From Octopus sinensis (taxonomy: Eukaryota): a DNA stretch of 64,000 nucleotides. Position numbers and translations under genes: made by a program. The number at the start of each line of letters is the position of its first letter. The first letter of the stretch is position 1. Location: NCBI RefSeq assembly GCF_006345805.1, contig NC_042997.1, positions 72,540,001-72,604,000 on the forward strand, written 5' to 3'. Shown in pieces: positions 12,021 to 27,509 of this stretch. Under the pieces are notes generated by a model. That model was not told the DNA's origin. It was given only the letters and a program-made list of their open reading frames with translations, and ran no database searches.

Positions 12021-12760
12021 GGGTGTAATTGTTGATGACAAGCTCAGCTGGAGTGCCCACATCAACAATAATGTCGATATAGCTCGTAGGATGAGCTCCT
12101 GGATCATAAGAACATTCTGGTCCAGAGAACAAGGTATCATCATACCACTTTTCTCCTCCTTTGTACGGCCACACCTCGAATACTGCCGCCCACTGTGGTC
12201 TCCCTATACAAGACAAAACATCTCGAGGATTGAATCACCCCCAAGAGGGCACTCAATAAACGAATTGAAGGCATGGCTGCTCTCGATTATTGGGACCGCC
12301 TTAAAGCCTTGAAACTCTACTCTCTCCAGCGCTGCCACGAGCGGTACATCATTTGTACTATGTGGAGAATATACCGCCAACTTTTCCCAAACGACCTGAA
12401 CATTAGTTTCAAGGTTCATCCAAGGCTGGGACAACGGGCCATACGTCCCCTGCCCAATTCAGGATCACAGCATATAGGTACACTGCAACATAATTTCTTT
12501 TCTTCAACAGGCCCTGTCCTGTTTAACATTGTCCGGAAAGAGATCAAAGAGGAAAAGGATCTCATCAACTTTAAACAGAGTCTGGACAGATTTATTCAAC
12601 AAATACCGGATAAGCCACCCATACCTGGATTCAACTCACTCAACAAGAACTCACTACTTGACTTAAACAGGATTTAAATAATCCTGTCTTGTGGTGCTAT
12701 TAAGTTAGACATGGCCTGGACCAATCTTTGGTCGAAACATATCTAAGTTTATCTAAGTTT
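12021..12760 (+). mobile_element. CR1/L2-group LINE 3' fragment (copies 16014-16753, 20001-20740, 23897-24657)
   Basis: GVIVDDKLSWSAHI...FVRPHLEYC..LWSPY...LDYWDRLKALKLYSLQR; ends in tandem atctaagttt tail. Confidence 0.85.
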
Positions 12761-13712
12761 ATATATATATATAAATATTATGAATATCAATATATCATAT
12801 ACTTAATGTATATGTGTCGTTAAAGACTTGAAAGTTGCGGTATTTCGTCTAAGAGATCTGCCTCTGAAAACCTAAGCTAGGCGAAACGAAATCGCGCTGA
12901 AAATGAAATGAACGAGAACGACAGAGCCGATATTTCGCGGTTATTTTCGCTCATCAGTGTCATATACTCATCTACTAGACGCGTTTCTGGGTCTTTAGCC
13001 TTCCTTTGTTGAAGATACTGAAAGGAGGTAAGACAGGGGAGATAATGAAGCCGTGCAAGCGTTACTACTGCTATATTTGTTCTCAATATGTGGTCTGCGA
13101 ACACAAATCAGCCACTGATATTGATTCTTCTACTTGTCGCTATCTCCTTAGAGAGGAAGCCTAAAGAACCAGAAACTCATCTAGAAGTCGAGGTTTATGG
13201 GTGTGTAGACTGCAGATGACATCTTACTCGTCGAAACCTCACACACATATACATGTCTAAGATATGCATGTATGTAGGCTGGAAGTATGTATGCATAAAT
13301 ATGTGTGATGGTTGATTATATTACCTACCTGTATTCGCGTTGTTTCTAAATATCCTGTTTTTTTTCCCCAGTAGTGTGGTGTGGTTTAAATGTAAAAAAA
13401 TATGCCTGCAATGCCTGAAATTGGATGTCATCAACAAAAAGTGTCTGAATTTGGCTCTCAATAAAATCTCTATAATTTTATTGAAATGTTTTCAATTTGT
13501 ATTTGTAAGGTGCATGCTATGCGATCTCTTTGTTTCCAGGAAAATTATTGACAAGAATAAACAACAAGTTTGACGGACGTCAGACGATATATCTAAATCC
13601 GTATATCAAATACCTTCTATGATTGTGAATGGTGTTTTCATTGCGACTTAATAGCATAAAAACTTTAAATATTTAACATTGAAAAAAGGTTTTCTCCTTT
13701 TCGTTTCTCTAG

Positions 13713-13790
13713 AATTCGAGGAGACTACATCAGCAGAAGAGTTAGAGTCTGTAGTCGAAGAGACGGAGAATCTAGAACTAGAGACACCAG
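13713..13790 (+). CDS. Acidic-repeat mini-exon 5 (A)
   Basis: AG/GT intact, 78 nt. Confidence 0.8.
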
Positions 13791-14112
13791 GTATGAATTA
13801 TATACACGTACATACATACATGCATGGATACATGCATGCATGCATACATACATACATACATACATACATACATACATACATACATACATACATACATACA
13901 TACATACATACATACATACATGCACGTGCGTCACAATGTCTATAAGAATTATTCAAATCTGTATTTCAGATGCGTTGTATGATTGTGTATGGGTTACGTA
14001 TTATGTTCCAAATATTCAAATAACAAAAAAGAAAAAAAGAGAAAAAGATAGCAAATTTTAATATTTAACATTAAAAGTTTATATAAAAGGTTTCCTATTA
14101 CTATTTCTCTAG

Positions 14113-14195
14113 AATTCGAGGAGAATACGGTACGGTACAAGAAGAGTTGGAATCAGAGGCCGAAGAGACGGAGAATGCAGAGCTGGAGACTCCAG
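14113..14195 (+). pseudogene. Acidic-repeat mini-exon 6 (B) with 5-nt frameshifting duplication (83 nt)
   Basis: aatacggtacggtacaag versus aatacggtacaag in sister copies; splice sites intact. Confidence 0.65.
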
Positions 14196-14278
14196 GTAAC
14201 GATATGTGTATGTACGTTTGTATGTATGTATGTATGTATGTATGTATGTATGTATGTATGTAGTATGTATATTATATG

Positions 14279-14316
<38 letters not shown>

Positions 14317-14321
14317 ATATA

Positions 14322-14364
<43 letters not shown>

Positions 14365-14743
14365 ATATATATATATTATATATGTATAATGGACTCTTCC
14401 GTCGAAGACGACGTATGAGTGTCCAGCTTTTGCCGAACGACCTGCAAAAATAACTTGCTTATAGTAATCAAATGTACGTGGTGTAAACGGAAACTGAAAG
14501 AAGCTCGTCGTAAATATGTGTATATTTGTGTCTGTTCCTGTGTTTGTCCCCACAACATCGCTTAACAACCGATGCTGGTGTGTTTACGTCCCCGTAACTT
14601 AGCGGTTCGGCAAAGACTGATAGAATAAGTATTAGGTTTACAAAGAATATGTCCTGGCGGTCGAAGTGCTCGACTAAAGGCGGCGCTCCTGCATGGCCGC
14701 AGTCAATGATTGAAACCAGTAAAAGAGTAAAAATGAGTAAGAG

Positions 14744-14783
<40 letters not shown>

Positions 14784-15032
14784 AGTTAATTCAAATAAAG
14801 AATTCAAATAAACGGATTAAAAAAAAACGAAAGAAAAGGAAAAGAAAGAACGTGATGATATGAATAAGAAATGTATTAGCTTGACGCTCGGTGAAAGGAG
14901 AGTTTAATGTGTGGACCATAGCTCTTCGTCTGAAAGGAGAAAAAGAAATGTCCAAAGAAGGAGAAGAAGAAGAAATCGCCAACGGCCCATGTGTTGTTAC
15001 ATTGCTGAAGTGTAAATGTTGTAAACTGTGTG

Positions 15033-15083
<51 letters not shown>

Positions 15084-15261
15084 TGAGAGAGTGAGAGAGA
15101 GATAGAGAGATGTACTTTCATAGCAAGTGACCTGATCTAAGATCGTGTGCTGGAACGAAAACAATTGCAGCGTGGAAGGTGTTTATAAGCCATTTAAGAA
15201 ACACACAAAAACCGTTAGATTCACTTCAACATCTAAATTTGATTTGTCGAAATATTTTGTA

Positions 15262-15338
<77 letters not shown>

Positions 15339-15344
15339 ATCTAC

Positions 15345-15406
<62 letters not shown>

Positions 15407-15838
15407 CTCTCTCTCTATATATATATATACATACACGCACGCACACACACACACACCACACACACACACACACACCACACACCACACACACACACACATA
15501 TAAACAATTGCAGCGGGGAAGATGTTTATAAGCCATTTAAGAAACACACAAAAACCGTTAGATTCACTTCAACATTTAAATTTAATTTGCCAAAATATTT
15601 TTGTCGCTTTGAGACCGCGACCTGTCACTGACAAAAATCATCTGAGCATCAGAGCATTATATGCAGCGCGGAATTTTGTCGGTGAACAGGTCGCAGTCTC
15701 AAGGCGACAAAAATATGTTGGCAAATGAAATTTAAATGTTGAAGTGAATCTAACGGGTTTTGGCTTATAAACACCTTCCACGCTGCAATTGTTTTCGTTG
15801 CAGCACGATCTCAGATCAGATCACTTGCTATGCAAGTA

Positions 15839-15905
<67 letters not shown>

Positions 15906-15968
15906 CCTCTCTGTATATATATATATATATAAGATTCAGTTGAATAAGGTTTGGATTCAGTATATATA

Positions 15969-16015
<47 letters not shown>

Positions 16016-17700
16016 GTGTAATTGTTGATGACAAGCTCAGCTGGAGTGCCCACATCAACAATAATGTCGATATAGCTCGTAGGATGAGCTCCTGGATCAT
16101 AAGAACATTCTGGTCCAGAGAACAAGGTATCATCATACCACTTTTCTCCTCCTTTGTACGGCCACACCTCGAATACTGCCGCCCACTGTGGTCTCCCTAT
16201 ACAAGACAAAACATCTCGAGGATTGAATCACCCCCAAGAGGGCACTCAATAAACGAATTGAAGGCATGGCTGCTCTCGATTATTGGGACCGCCTTAAAGC
16301 CTTGAAACTCTACTCTCTCCAGCGCTGCCACGAGCGGTACATCATTTGTACTATGTGGAGAATATACCGCCAACTTTTCCCAAACGACCTGAACATTAGT
16401 TTCAAGGTTCATCCAAGGCTGGGACAACGGGCCATACGTCCCCTGCCCAATTCAGGATCACAGCATATAGGTACACTGCAACATAATTTCTTTTCTTCAA
16501 CAGGCCCTGTCCTGTTTAACATTGTCCGGAAAGAGATCAAAGAGGAAAAGGATCTCATCAACTTTAAACAGAGTCTGGACAGATTTATTCAACAAATACC
16601 GGATAAGCCACCCATACCTGGATTCAACTCACTCAACAAGAACTCACTACTTGACTTAAACAGGATTTAAATAATCCTGTCTTGTGGTGCTATTAAGTTA
16701 GACATGGCCTGGACCAATCTTTGGTCGAAACATATCTAAGTTTATCTAAGTTTATATATATATATAAATATTATGAATATCAATATATCATATACTTAAT
16801 GTATATGTGTCGTTAAAGACTTGAAAGTTGCGGTATTTCGTCTAAGAGATCTGCCTCTGAAAACCTAAGCTAGGCGAAACGAAATCGCGCTGAAAATGAA
16901 CGAGAACGACAGAGCCGATATTTCGCGGTTATTTTCGCTCATCAGTGTCATATACTCATCTACTAGACGCGTTTCTGGGTCTTTAGCCTTCCTTTGTTGA
17001 AGATACTGAAAGGAGGTAAGACAGGGGAGATAATGAAGCCGTGCAAGCGTTACTACTGCTATATTTGTTCTCAATATGTGGTCTGCGAACACAAATCAGC
17101 CACTGATATTGATTCTTCTACTTGTCGCTATCTCCTTAGAGAGGAAGCCTAAAGAACCAGAAACTCATCTAGAAGTCGAGGTTTATGGGTGTGTAGACTG
17201 CAGATGACATCTTACTCGTCGAAACCTCACACACATATACATGTCTAAGATATGCATGTATGTAGGCTGGAAGTATGTATGCATAAATATGTGTGATGGT
17301 TGATTATATTACCTACCTGTATTCGCGTTGTTTCTAAATATCCTGTTTTTTTTCCCCAGTAGTGTGGTGTGGTTTAAATGTAAAAAAATATGCCTGCAAT
17401 GCCTGAAATTGGATGTCATCAACAAAAAGTGTCTGAATTTGGCTCTCAATAAAATCTCTATAATTTTATTGAAATGTTTTCAATTTGTATTTGTAAGGTG
17501 CATGCTATGCGATCTCTTTGTTTCCAGGAAAATTATTGACAAGAATAAACAACAAGTTTGACGGACGTCAGACGATATATCTAAATCCGTATATCAAATA
17601 CCTTCTATGATTGTGAATGGTGTTTTCATTGCGACTTAATAGCATAAAAACTTTAAATATTTAACATTGAAAAAAGGTTTTCTCCTTTTCGTTTCTCTAG

Positions 17701-17778
17701 AATTCGAGGAGACTACATCAGCAGAAGAGTTAGAGTCTGTAGTCGAAGAGACGGAGAATCTAGAACTAGAGACACCAG
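17701..17778 (+). CDS. Acidic-repeat mini-exon 7 (A)
   Basis: AG/GT intact, 78 nt. Confidence 0.8.
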
Positions 17779-18098
17779 GTATGAATTATATACACGTACA
17801 TACATACATGCATGGATACATGCATGCATGCATACATACATACATACACATACATACATACATACATACATACATACATACATACATACATACATACATA
17901 CATACATGCACGTGCGTCACAATGTCTATAAGAATTATTCAAATCTGTATTTCAGATGCGTTGTATGATTGTGTATGGGTTACGTATTATGTTCCAAATA
18001 TTCAAATAACAAAAAAGAAAAAAAGAGAAAAAGATAGCAAATTTTAATATTTAACATTAAAAGTTTATATAAAAGGTTTCCTATTACTATTTCTCTAG

Positions 18099-18176
18099 AA
18101 TTCGAGGAGAATACGGTACAAGAAGAGTTGGAATCAGAGGCCGAAGAGACGGAGAATGCAGAGCTGGAGACTCCAG
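18099..18176 (+). CDS. Acidic-repeat mini-exon 8 (B)
   Basis: AG/GT intact, 78 nt. Confidence 0.8.
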
Positions 18177-18275
18177 GTAACGATATGTGTATGTACGTTT
18201 GTATGTATGTATGTATGTATGTATGTATGTATGTATGTATGTATGTATGTATATTATATGTATATATATATATAC

Positions 18276-18334
<59 letters not shown>

Positions 18335-18721
18335 ATATATATATATATATATTATATATGTATAATGGACTCTTCCGTCGAAGACGACGTATGAGTGTCC
18401 AGCTTTTGCCGAACGACCTGCAAAAATAACTTGCTTATAGTAATCAAATGTACGTGGTGTAAACGGAAACTGAAAGAAGCTCGTCGTAAATATGTGTATA
18501 TTTGTGTCTGTTCCTGTGTTTGTCCCCACAACATCGCTTAACAACCGATGCTGGTGTGTTTACGTCCCCGTAACTTAGCGGTTCGGCAAAGACTGATAGA
18601 ATAAGTATTAGGTTTACAAAGAATATGTCCTGGCGGTCGAAGTGCTCGACTAAAGGCGGCGCTCCTGCATGGCCGCAGTCAAATGATTGAAACCAGTAAA
18701 AGAGTAAAAATGAGTAAAGAG

Positions 18722-18753
<32 letters not shown>

Positions 18754-18997
18754 ATTCAAATAAAGAATTCAAATAAACGGATTAAAAAAAAACGAAAGAA
18801 AAGGAAAAGAAAGAACGTGATGATATGAATAAGAAATGTATTAGCTTGACGCTCGGTGAAAGGAGAGTTTAATGTGTGGACCATAGCTCTTCGTCTGAAA
18901 GGAGAAAAAGAAATGTCCAAAGAAGGAGAAGAAGAAGAAATCGCCAACGGCCCATGTGTTGTTACATTGCTGAAGTGTAAATGTTGTAAACTGTGTG

Positions 18998-19048
<51 letters not shown>

Positions 19049-19226
19049 TGAGAGAGTGAGAGAGAGATAGAGAGATGTACTTTCATAGCAAGTGACCTGA
19101 TCTAAGATCGTGTGCTGGAACGAAAACAATTGCAGCGTGGAAGGTGTTTATAAGCCATTTAAGAAACACACAAAAACCGTTAGATTCACTTCAACATCTA
19201 AATTTGATTTGTCAAAATATTTTGTA

Positions 19227-19322
<96 letters not shown>

Positions 19323-19342
19323 AAATCTTTCTTTCTTTCTAC

Positions 19343-19392
<50 letters not shown>

Positions 19393-19427
19393 CTCTCTCT
19401 CTCTATATATATATATATACATACACG

Positions 19428-19473
<46 letters not shown>

Positions 19474-19807
19474 AACAATTGCAGCGGGGAAGATGTTTAT
19501 AAGCCATTTAAGAAACACACAAAAAAACCGTTAGATTCACTTCAACATTTAAATTTATTTGCCAAAATATTTTTGTCGCTTTGAGACCGCGACCTGTCAC
19601 TGACAAAAATCATCTGAGCATCAGAGCATTAGATGCAGCGCGGAATTTTGTCGGTGAACAGGTCGCAGTCTCAAGGCGACAAAATATGTTGGCAAATGAA
19701 ATTTAAATGTTGAAGTGAATCTAACGGGTTTTGGCTTATAAAACCTCCACGCTGCAATTGTTTTCGTTGCAGCACGATCTCAGATCAGATCACTTGCTAT
19801 GAAAGTA

Positions 19808-19869
<62 letters not shown>

Positions 19870-19952
19870 CCTCTCTGTATATATATATATATATATATAA
19901 GATTCAGTTGAATAAGGTTTGGATTCAGTATATATGTGTGTGTGTGTGTGTG

Positions 19953-20000
<48 letters not shown>

Positions 20001-21693
20001 GGGTGTAATTGTTGATGACAAGCTCAGCTGGAGTGCCCACATCAACAATAATGTCGATATAGCTCGTAGGATGAGCTCCTGGATCATAAGAACATTCTGG
20101 TCCAGAGAACAAGGTATCATCATACCACTTTTCTCCTCCTTTGTACGGCCACACCTCGAATACTGCCGCCCACTGTGGTCTCCCTATACAAGACAAAACA
20201 TCTCGAGGATTGAATCACCCCCAAGAGGGCACTCACTAAACGAATTGAAGGCATGGCTGCTCTCGATTATTGGGACCGCCTTAAAGCCTTGAAACTCTAC
20301 TCTCTCCAGCGCTGCCACGAGCGGTACATCATTTGTACTATGTGGAGAATATACCGCCAACTTTTCCCAAACGACCTGAACATTAGTTACAAGGTTCATC
20401 CAAGGCTGGGACAACGGGCCATACGTCCCCTGCCCAATTCAGGATCACAGCATATAGGTACACTGCAACATAATTTCTTTTCTTCAACAGGCCCTGTCCT
20501 GTTTAACATTGTCCGGAAAGAGATCAAAGAGGAAAAGGATCTCATCAACTTTAAACAGAGTCTGGACAGATTTATTCAACAAATACCGGATAAGCCACCC
20601 ATACCTGGATTCAACTCACTCAACAAGAACTCACTACTTGACTTAAACAGGATTTAAATAATCCTGTCTTGTGGTGCTATTAAGTTAGACATGGCCTGGA
20701 CCAATCTTTGGTCGAAACATATCTAAGTTTATCTAAGTTTATATATATATATATAAATATTATGAATATCAATATATCATATACTTAATGTATATGTGTC
20801 GTTAAAGACTTGAAAGTTGCGGTATTTCGTCGAAGAGATCTGCCTCTGAAAACCAAAGCTAGGCGAAACGAAATCGCGCTGAAAATGAACGAGAACGACA
20901 GAGCCGATATTTCGCGGTTATTTTCGCTCATCAGTGTCATATACTCATCTACTAGACGCGTTTCTGGGTCTTTAGCCTTCCTTTGTTGAAGATACTGAAA
21001 GGAGGTAAGACAGGGGAGATAATGAAGCCGTGCAATCGTTACTCCTGCTATATTTGTTCTCAACATGTGGTCTGCGAGCACAAATCAGCCACTGATATTG
21101 ATTCTTCTACTAGTCGCTATCTCCTTAGAGAGGAAGCCTAAAGAACCAGAAACTCATCTAGAAGTCGAGGTTTATGGGCGTGTAGACTGCAGATGACATC
21201 TTACTCGTCGAAACCTCACACACATATACATGTCTAAGATATGCATGTATGTAGGCTGGAAGTATATATGCATAAATATGTGTATGGTTGATTATATTAC
21301 CTACCTGTATTCGCGTTGTTTCTAAATATCCTGTTTTTTTTCCCCAGTAGTGTGGTGTGGTTTAAATGTAAAAAAATATGCCTGCAATGCCTGAAATTGG
21401 ATGTCATCAACAAAAGTGTGTGAATTTGGCTCTCAATAAAATCTCTATAATTTTATTGAAATGTTTTCAATTTGTATTTGTAAGGTGCATGCTATGCGAT
21501 CTCTTTGTTTCCAGGAAAATTATTGACAAGAATAAACAAGTTTGACGGACGTCAGACGATATATCTAAATCCGTATATCAAATACCTTCTATGATTGTGA
21601 ATGGTGTTTTCATTGCGACTTAATAGCATAAAAACTTTAAATATTTAACATTGAAATTTCATACAAAAGGTTTTCTCCTTTTCGTTTCTCTAG

Positions 21694-21771
21694 AATTCGA
21701 GGAGACTACATCAGCAGAAGAGTTAGAGTCTGTAGTCGAAGAGACGGAGAATCTAGAACTAGAGACACCAG
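21694..21771 (+). CDS. Acidic-repeat mini-exon 9 (A)
   Basis: AG/GT intact, 78 nt. Confidence 0.8.
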
Positions 21772-22075
21772 GTATGAATTATATACACGTACATACATAC
21801 ATGCATGGATACATGCATGCATGCATACATACATACATACATACATACATACATACATACATACATACATACATACATACATACATGCACGTGCGTCACA
21901 ATGTCTATAAGAATTATTCAAATCTGTATTTCAGATGCGTTGTATGATTGTGTATGTGTTATGTATTATGTCCCAAATATTCAAACAACAAAAAAAAAAA
22001 AGAGAAAAAGATAGCAAATTTTAATATTTAATATTAAAAGTTTATATAAAAGGTTTCCTATTACTATTTCTCTAG

Positions 22076-22153
22076 AATTCGAGGAGAATACGGTACAAGA
22101 AGTGTTGGAATCAGAGGCCGAAGAGACGGAGAATGCAGAGCTGGAGACTCCAG
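22076..22153 (+). CDS. Acidic-repeat mini-exon 10 (B), [26 protein letters not shown]
   Basis: AG/GT intact, 78 nt. Confidence 0.8.
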
Positions 22154-22244
22154 GTAACGATATGTGTATGTACGTTGTATGTATGTATGTATGTATGTAT
22201 GTATGTATGTATGTATGTATGTATATTATATTATATATATATAT

Positions 22245-22298
<54 letters not shown>

Positions 22299-22927
22299 AA
22301 TGGACTCTTCCGTCGAAGACGACATATGAGTGTCCAGCTTTTGCCGAACGACCTGCAAAAATAACTTGCTTATAGTAATCAAATGTACGTGGTGTAAACG
22401 GAAACTGAAAGAAGCCCGTCGTAAATATGTGTATATTTGTGTCTGTTCCAGTGTTTGTCCCCACAACATCGCTTAAGAACCGATGCTGGTGTGTTTACGT
22501 CCCCGTAACTTAGCGGTTCGGCAAAGACTGATAGAATAAGTATTAGGTTTACAAAGAATAAGTCCTGGGGGTCGATGTGCTCGACTAAAGGCGGCGCTCC
22601 TGCATGGCCGCAGTCAAATGACTGAAACTAGTAAAAGAGTAAAAATGAGTAAAGAGTATATATATATATATATATATATAGTTAATTCAAATAAAGCATT
22701 CAAATAAACGGATTAAAAAAAAACGAAAGAAAAGGAAAAGAAAGAACGTGATGATATGAATAAGAAATGTATTAGCTTGACGCTCGGTGAAAGGAGAGTT
22801 TAATGTGTGGACCATAGCTCTTCGTCTGAAAGGAGAAAATAAATGTCCAAAGAAGGAGAAGAAGAAGAAATCGCCAATAGCCCAAGTGTGGTTACATTGC
22901 TGAAGTGTAAATGTTGTAAACTGTGTG

Positions 22928-22986
<59 letters not shown>

Positions 22987-23178
22987 TGAGAGAGTGAGAG
23001 AGTGAGAGAGAGAGAGAGAGAGAGAGATGTACTTTCATAGCAAGTGACCTGATCTGAGATCGTGTGCTGGAACGAAAACAATTGCAGCGTGGAAGGTGTT
23101 TATAAGCCATTTAAGAAACACACAAAAACCGTTAGATTCACTTCAACATCTAAATTTGACTTGTCAAAATATTTTGTA

Positions 23179-23246
<68 letters not shown>

Positions 23247-23281
23247 AAATCTTTCTTTCTTTCTATCTATCTATCTATCTG

Positions 23282-23338
<57 letters not shown>

Positions 23339-23372
23339 ATATATATATATATACACGCATACGCACGCACAC

Positions 23373-23407
<35 letters not shown>

Positions 23408-23795
23408 AACAATTGCAGCGGGGAAGATGTTTATAAGCCATTTAAGAAACACACAAAAACCGTTAGATTCACTTCAACATTTAAATTTAATTTGCCAAAA
23501 TATTTTTGTCGCTTTGAGACCGCGACCTGTCACTGACAAAAATCATCTGAGCATCAGAGCATTAGATGCAGCGCGGAATTTTGTCGGTGAACAGGTCGCA
23601 GTCTCAAGGCGACAAAAATATGTTGGCAAATGAAATTTAAATGTTGAAGTGAATCTAACGCTGCAATTGTTTTCGTTGCAGCACGATCTAAGATCAGATC
23701 ACTTGCTATGCAAGTACATCTCTCTCTCTCTCTCTCTCCCTCTCTGTATATATATATATATGTAAGATTCAGTTGAATAAGGTTTGGATTCACTA

Positions 23796-23876
<81 letters not shown>

Positions 23877-25613
23877 ATATATATATATATATATATGGGT
23901 GTAATTGTTGATGACAAGCTTAGCTGGAGTGCCCACATCAACAATAATGTCGATATAGCTCGTAGGATGAGCTCCTGGATCATAAGAACATTCTGGTCCA
24001 GAGAACAAGGTATCATCATACCACTTTTCTCCTCCTTTGTACGGCCACACCTCGAATACTGCCCCCTTCTGTGGTCTCCCTATACAAGACAAAACATCTC
24101 GAGGATTGAATCACCCCCAAGAGGGCACTCACTAAACGAATTGAAGGCATGGCTGCTCTCGATTATTGGGACCGCCTTAAAGCCTTGAACTCTACTCTCT
24201 CCAGCGCTGCCACGAGCGGTACATCATTTGTACTATGTGGAGAATATACCGCCAACTTTTCCCAAACGACCTGAACATTAGTTTCAAGGTTCATCCAAGG
24301 CTGGGACAACGGACCATACGTCCCCTGCCCAATTCAGGATCACAGCATATAGGTACACTGCAACATAATTTCTTTTCTTCAACATGCTCTGTCCTGTTTA
24401 ACATTGTCCGGAAAGAGATCAAAGAGGAAAAGGATCTCATCAACTTTAAACGGAGTCTGGACAGATTTATTCAACGAATACCGGATAAGCCACCCATACC
24501 TGGATTCAACTCACTCAACAAGAACTCACTACTTGAATGGACGATAAACAAAACTTGACTTAAACAGGATCTAAATAATCCTGTCTGGTGGTGCTATTCA
24601 GTTAGACATGGCCTGGACCAATCTTTGGTCGAAACATATCTAAGTTTATCTAAGTTTATATATATATATAAATATTATGAATATCCATATATCATATACT
24701 TAATGTATATGTGTCGTTAAAGACTTGAAAGTTGCGGTATTTCGTCTAAGAGATCTGCCTCTGAAAACCTAAGCTAGGCGAAACGAAATCGCGCTGAAAA
24801 TGAACGAGAGCGACAGAGCCGATATTTCGCGGTTATTTTCGCTCATCAGTGTCATATACTCATCTACTAGACGCGTTTCTGGGTCTTTAGCCTTCCTTTG
24901 TTGAAGATACTGAAAGGAGGTAAGACAGGGGAGATAATGAAGCCGTGCAAGCGTTACTACTGCTATATTTGTTCTGACCATGTGGTCTGCGAGCACAAAC
25001 CAGCCACTGATATTGATTCTTCTACTAGTCGCTATCTCCTTAGAGAGGAAGCCTAAAGAACCAGAAACTCATCTAGAAGTCGAGGTTTATGGGTGTGTAG
25101 ACTGCAGATGACATCTTACTAGTCGAAACCTCACACACATATACATGTCTAAGATATGCATGTATGTAGGCTGGAAGTATGTATGCATAAATATGTGTGA
25201 TGGTTGATTATATTACCTACCTGTATTCGCGTTGTTTCTAAATATCCAGTTTTTTTTCCCCAGTAGTGTGGTGTGGTTTAAATGTAAAAAAATATGCCTG
25301 CAATGCCTGAAATTGGATGTCATCAACAAAAAGTGTCTGAATTTGGCTCTCAATAAAATCTCTATAATTTTATTGAAATGTTTTCAATTTGTATTTGTAA
25401 GGTGCATGCTATGCGATCTCTTTGTTTCCAGGAAAATTATTGACAAGAATAAACAACAAGTTTGACGGACGTCAGACGATATATCTAAATCCGTATATCA
25501 AATACCTTCTATGATTGTGAATGGTGTTTTCATTGCGACTTAATAGCATAAAAACTTTAAATATTTAACATTGAAATTTCATACAAAAGGTTTTCTCCTT
25601 TTCGTTTCTCTAG

Positions 25614-25691
25614 AATTCGAGGAGACTACATCAGCAGAAGAGTTAGAGTCTGTAGTCGAAGAGACGGAGAATCTAGAACTAGAGACACCAG
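25614..25691 (+). CDS. Acidic-repeat mini-exon 11 (A)
   Basis: AG/GT intact, 78 nt. Confidence 0.8.
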
Positions 25692-25982
25692 GTATGAATT
25701 ATATACACGTACATACATACATGCATGGATACATGCATGCATACATACATACATACATACATACATACATACATACATACATACATACATGCACGTGCGT
25801 CACAATGTCTATAAGAATTATTCAAATCTGTATTTCAGATGCGTTGTATGATTGTGTATGGGTTATGTATTATGTTCCAAATATTCAAATAACAAAAAAA
25901 AAAAAAAAGAGAAAAAGATAGCAAATTTTTATATTTACCATTAAAAGTTTATATAAAAGGTTTCCTATTACTATTTCTCTAG

Positions 25983-26060
25983 AATTCGAGGAGAATACGG
26001 TACAAGAAGAGTTGGAATCAGAGGCCGAAAAGACGGAGAATGTAGAGCTGGAGACTCCAG
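25983..26060 (+). CDS. Acidic-repeat mini-exon 12 (B), [26 protein letters not shown]
   Basis: AG/GT intact, 78 nt. Confidence 0.8.
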
Positions 26061-26384
26061 GTAATGATATGTGTTTGTGATTGCATATGTATATGTACAC
26101 ACACACGTATGTATGTTTATGTATTCATGTATATATGTATGTATGAAGTCAAAGTTACGCGTTATTTGGACCAGCACCGTAGGCGCTAAATACTTTTAGG
26201 GTTGGTTTTCTCTGTGTACACAACCGTAATATCATATCTGATATTTCGACTCTCACCAACCGTAGGCTGGAAACACTGACATTATCCAACCCTACCTGGT
26301 GCACACCTTTTCAAGTACCTCATTCTATCGGAATCCTCATCTTCTTATATTTGTATGTATGTACATATGTATGTGTGTATGTAC

Positions 26385-26415
<31 letters not shown>

Positions 26416-27036
26416 TGTATGTATGTATGTAGTATGTATGTATGTATGTATGTATGTATGTATGTATGTATGTATGTATGCATGCATGTATGTATGCATG
26501 TATGTATGTATGCATACGTATGCATGTACGTACGTATGTATACGTGCAGATATGTATGTTTAGTTTTACGTATGTCTTCTCATTTATATGCTTGCATATC
26601 TAAATATGCTCTATGTATGTATGCATATATATATATGTATGTATAATGAACTCTTCCGTCGAAGACGACGTACGTCTGTTTAGATTTTGCCGAACGACGT
26701 GTAAAAATTTGTTGATAGTCATCAAATTCACGCGGTACAGACGGTAACTGAAAGAAGCCCGTCGTATATATGTGTATATTTGGGTGTGTGTCCGTGTCTG
26801 AGTTTGTACTCCCACCATCATTGACAACCAATGTTGGTGGGTCTATGACCCCGTACCTTAGCGGTTTGGAAAAAAGACCGATAAAATAAGTACTAGGCTT
26901 ACAAAGAGTTAGTCCTGGGTTTGATTTAACCGTCTAAAAGTGGTGCTCCAGCATGGCTGCAGTCAAGTGACTGAAACAGGTAAAAGAATAAAAAACTATG
27001 CCATTTTAATCCCGATGGACGAAGAATATTTCTTCT

Positions 27037-27115
<79 letters not shown>

Positions 27116-27117
<2 letters not shown>

Positions 27118-27477
27118 TAGCTTAAGGTGACCCGCTCTACGCGCGGGTAAGAGTGTAGTTGTTACTGTCTGTTGCTTCCTTTCAGCACGTAAAAAGCACC
27201 ATCCGAACGTGGCCGATTGCAGCGTCGCCTTGACTGGCTTCTGTGCCGGTGGCACGTAAAAAGCACCAACCGATCGTGACCGCTGCCAGCCGCCCTGGCA
27301 CCTGTGCCGGCGGCACTAAAAAAGCACCCACTACACTCACAGAGTGGTTGGCGTTACGAAGGGCATCCACCTGTAGAAACACTGCCAGATCAGACTGGAG
27401 CCTAGTGCAGCCTCCTGGCTTCCCAGACCCCGGTCAAACTGTCCAACCCGTGCTAGCACGGAAAACGGACGTTAGAC

Positions 27478-27509
<32 letters not shown>

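Noticed and set aside
13340-13573. Cys-rich 77-aa ORF repeated in each unit (WFKCKKICLQCLK...)
   Set aside because: Part of the ancestral intron; the diverged homolog near 56600-56800 does not keep the frame.
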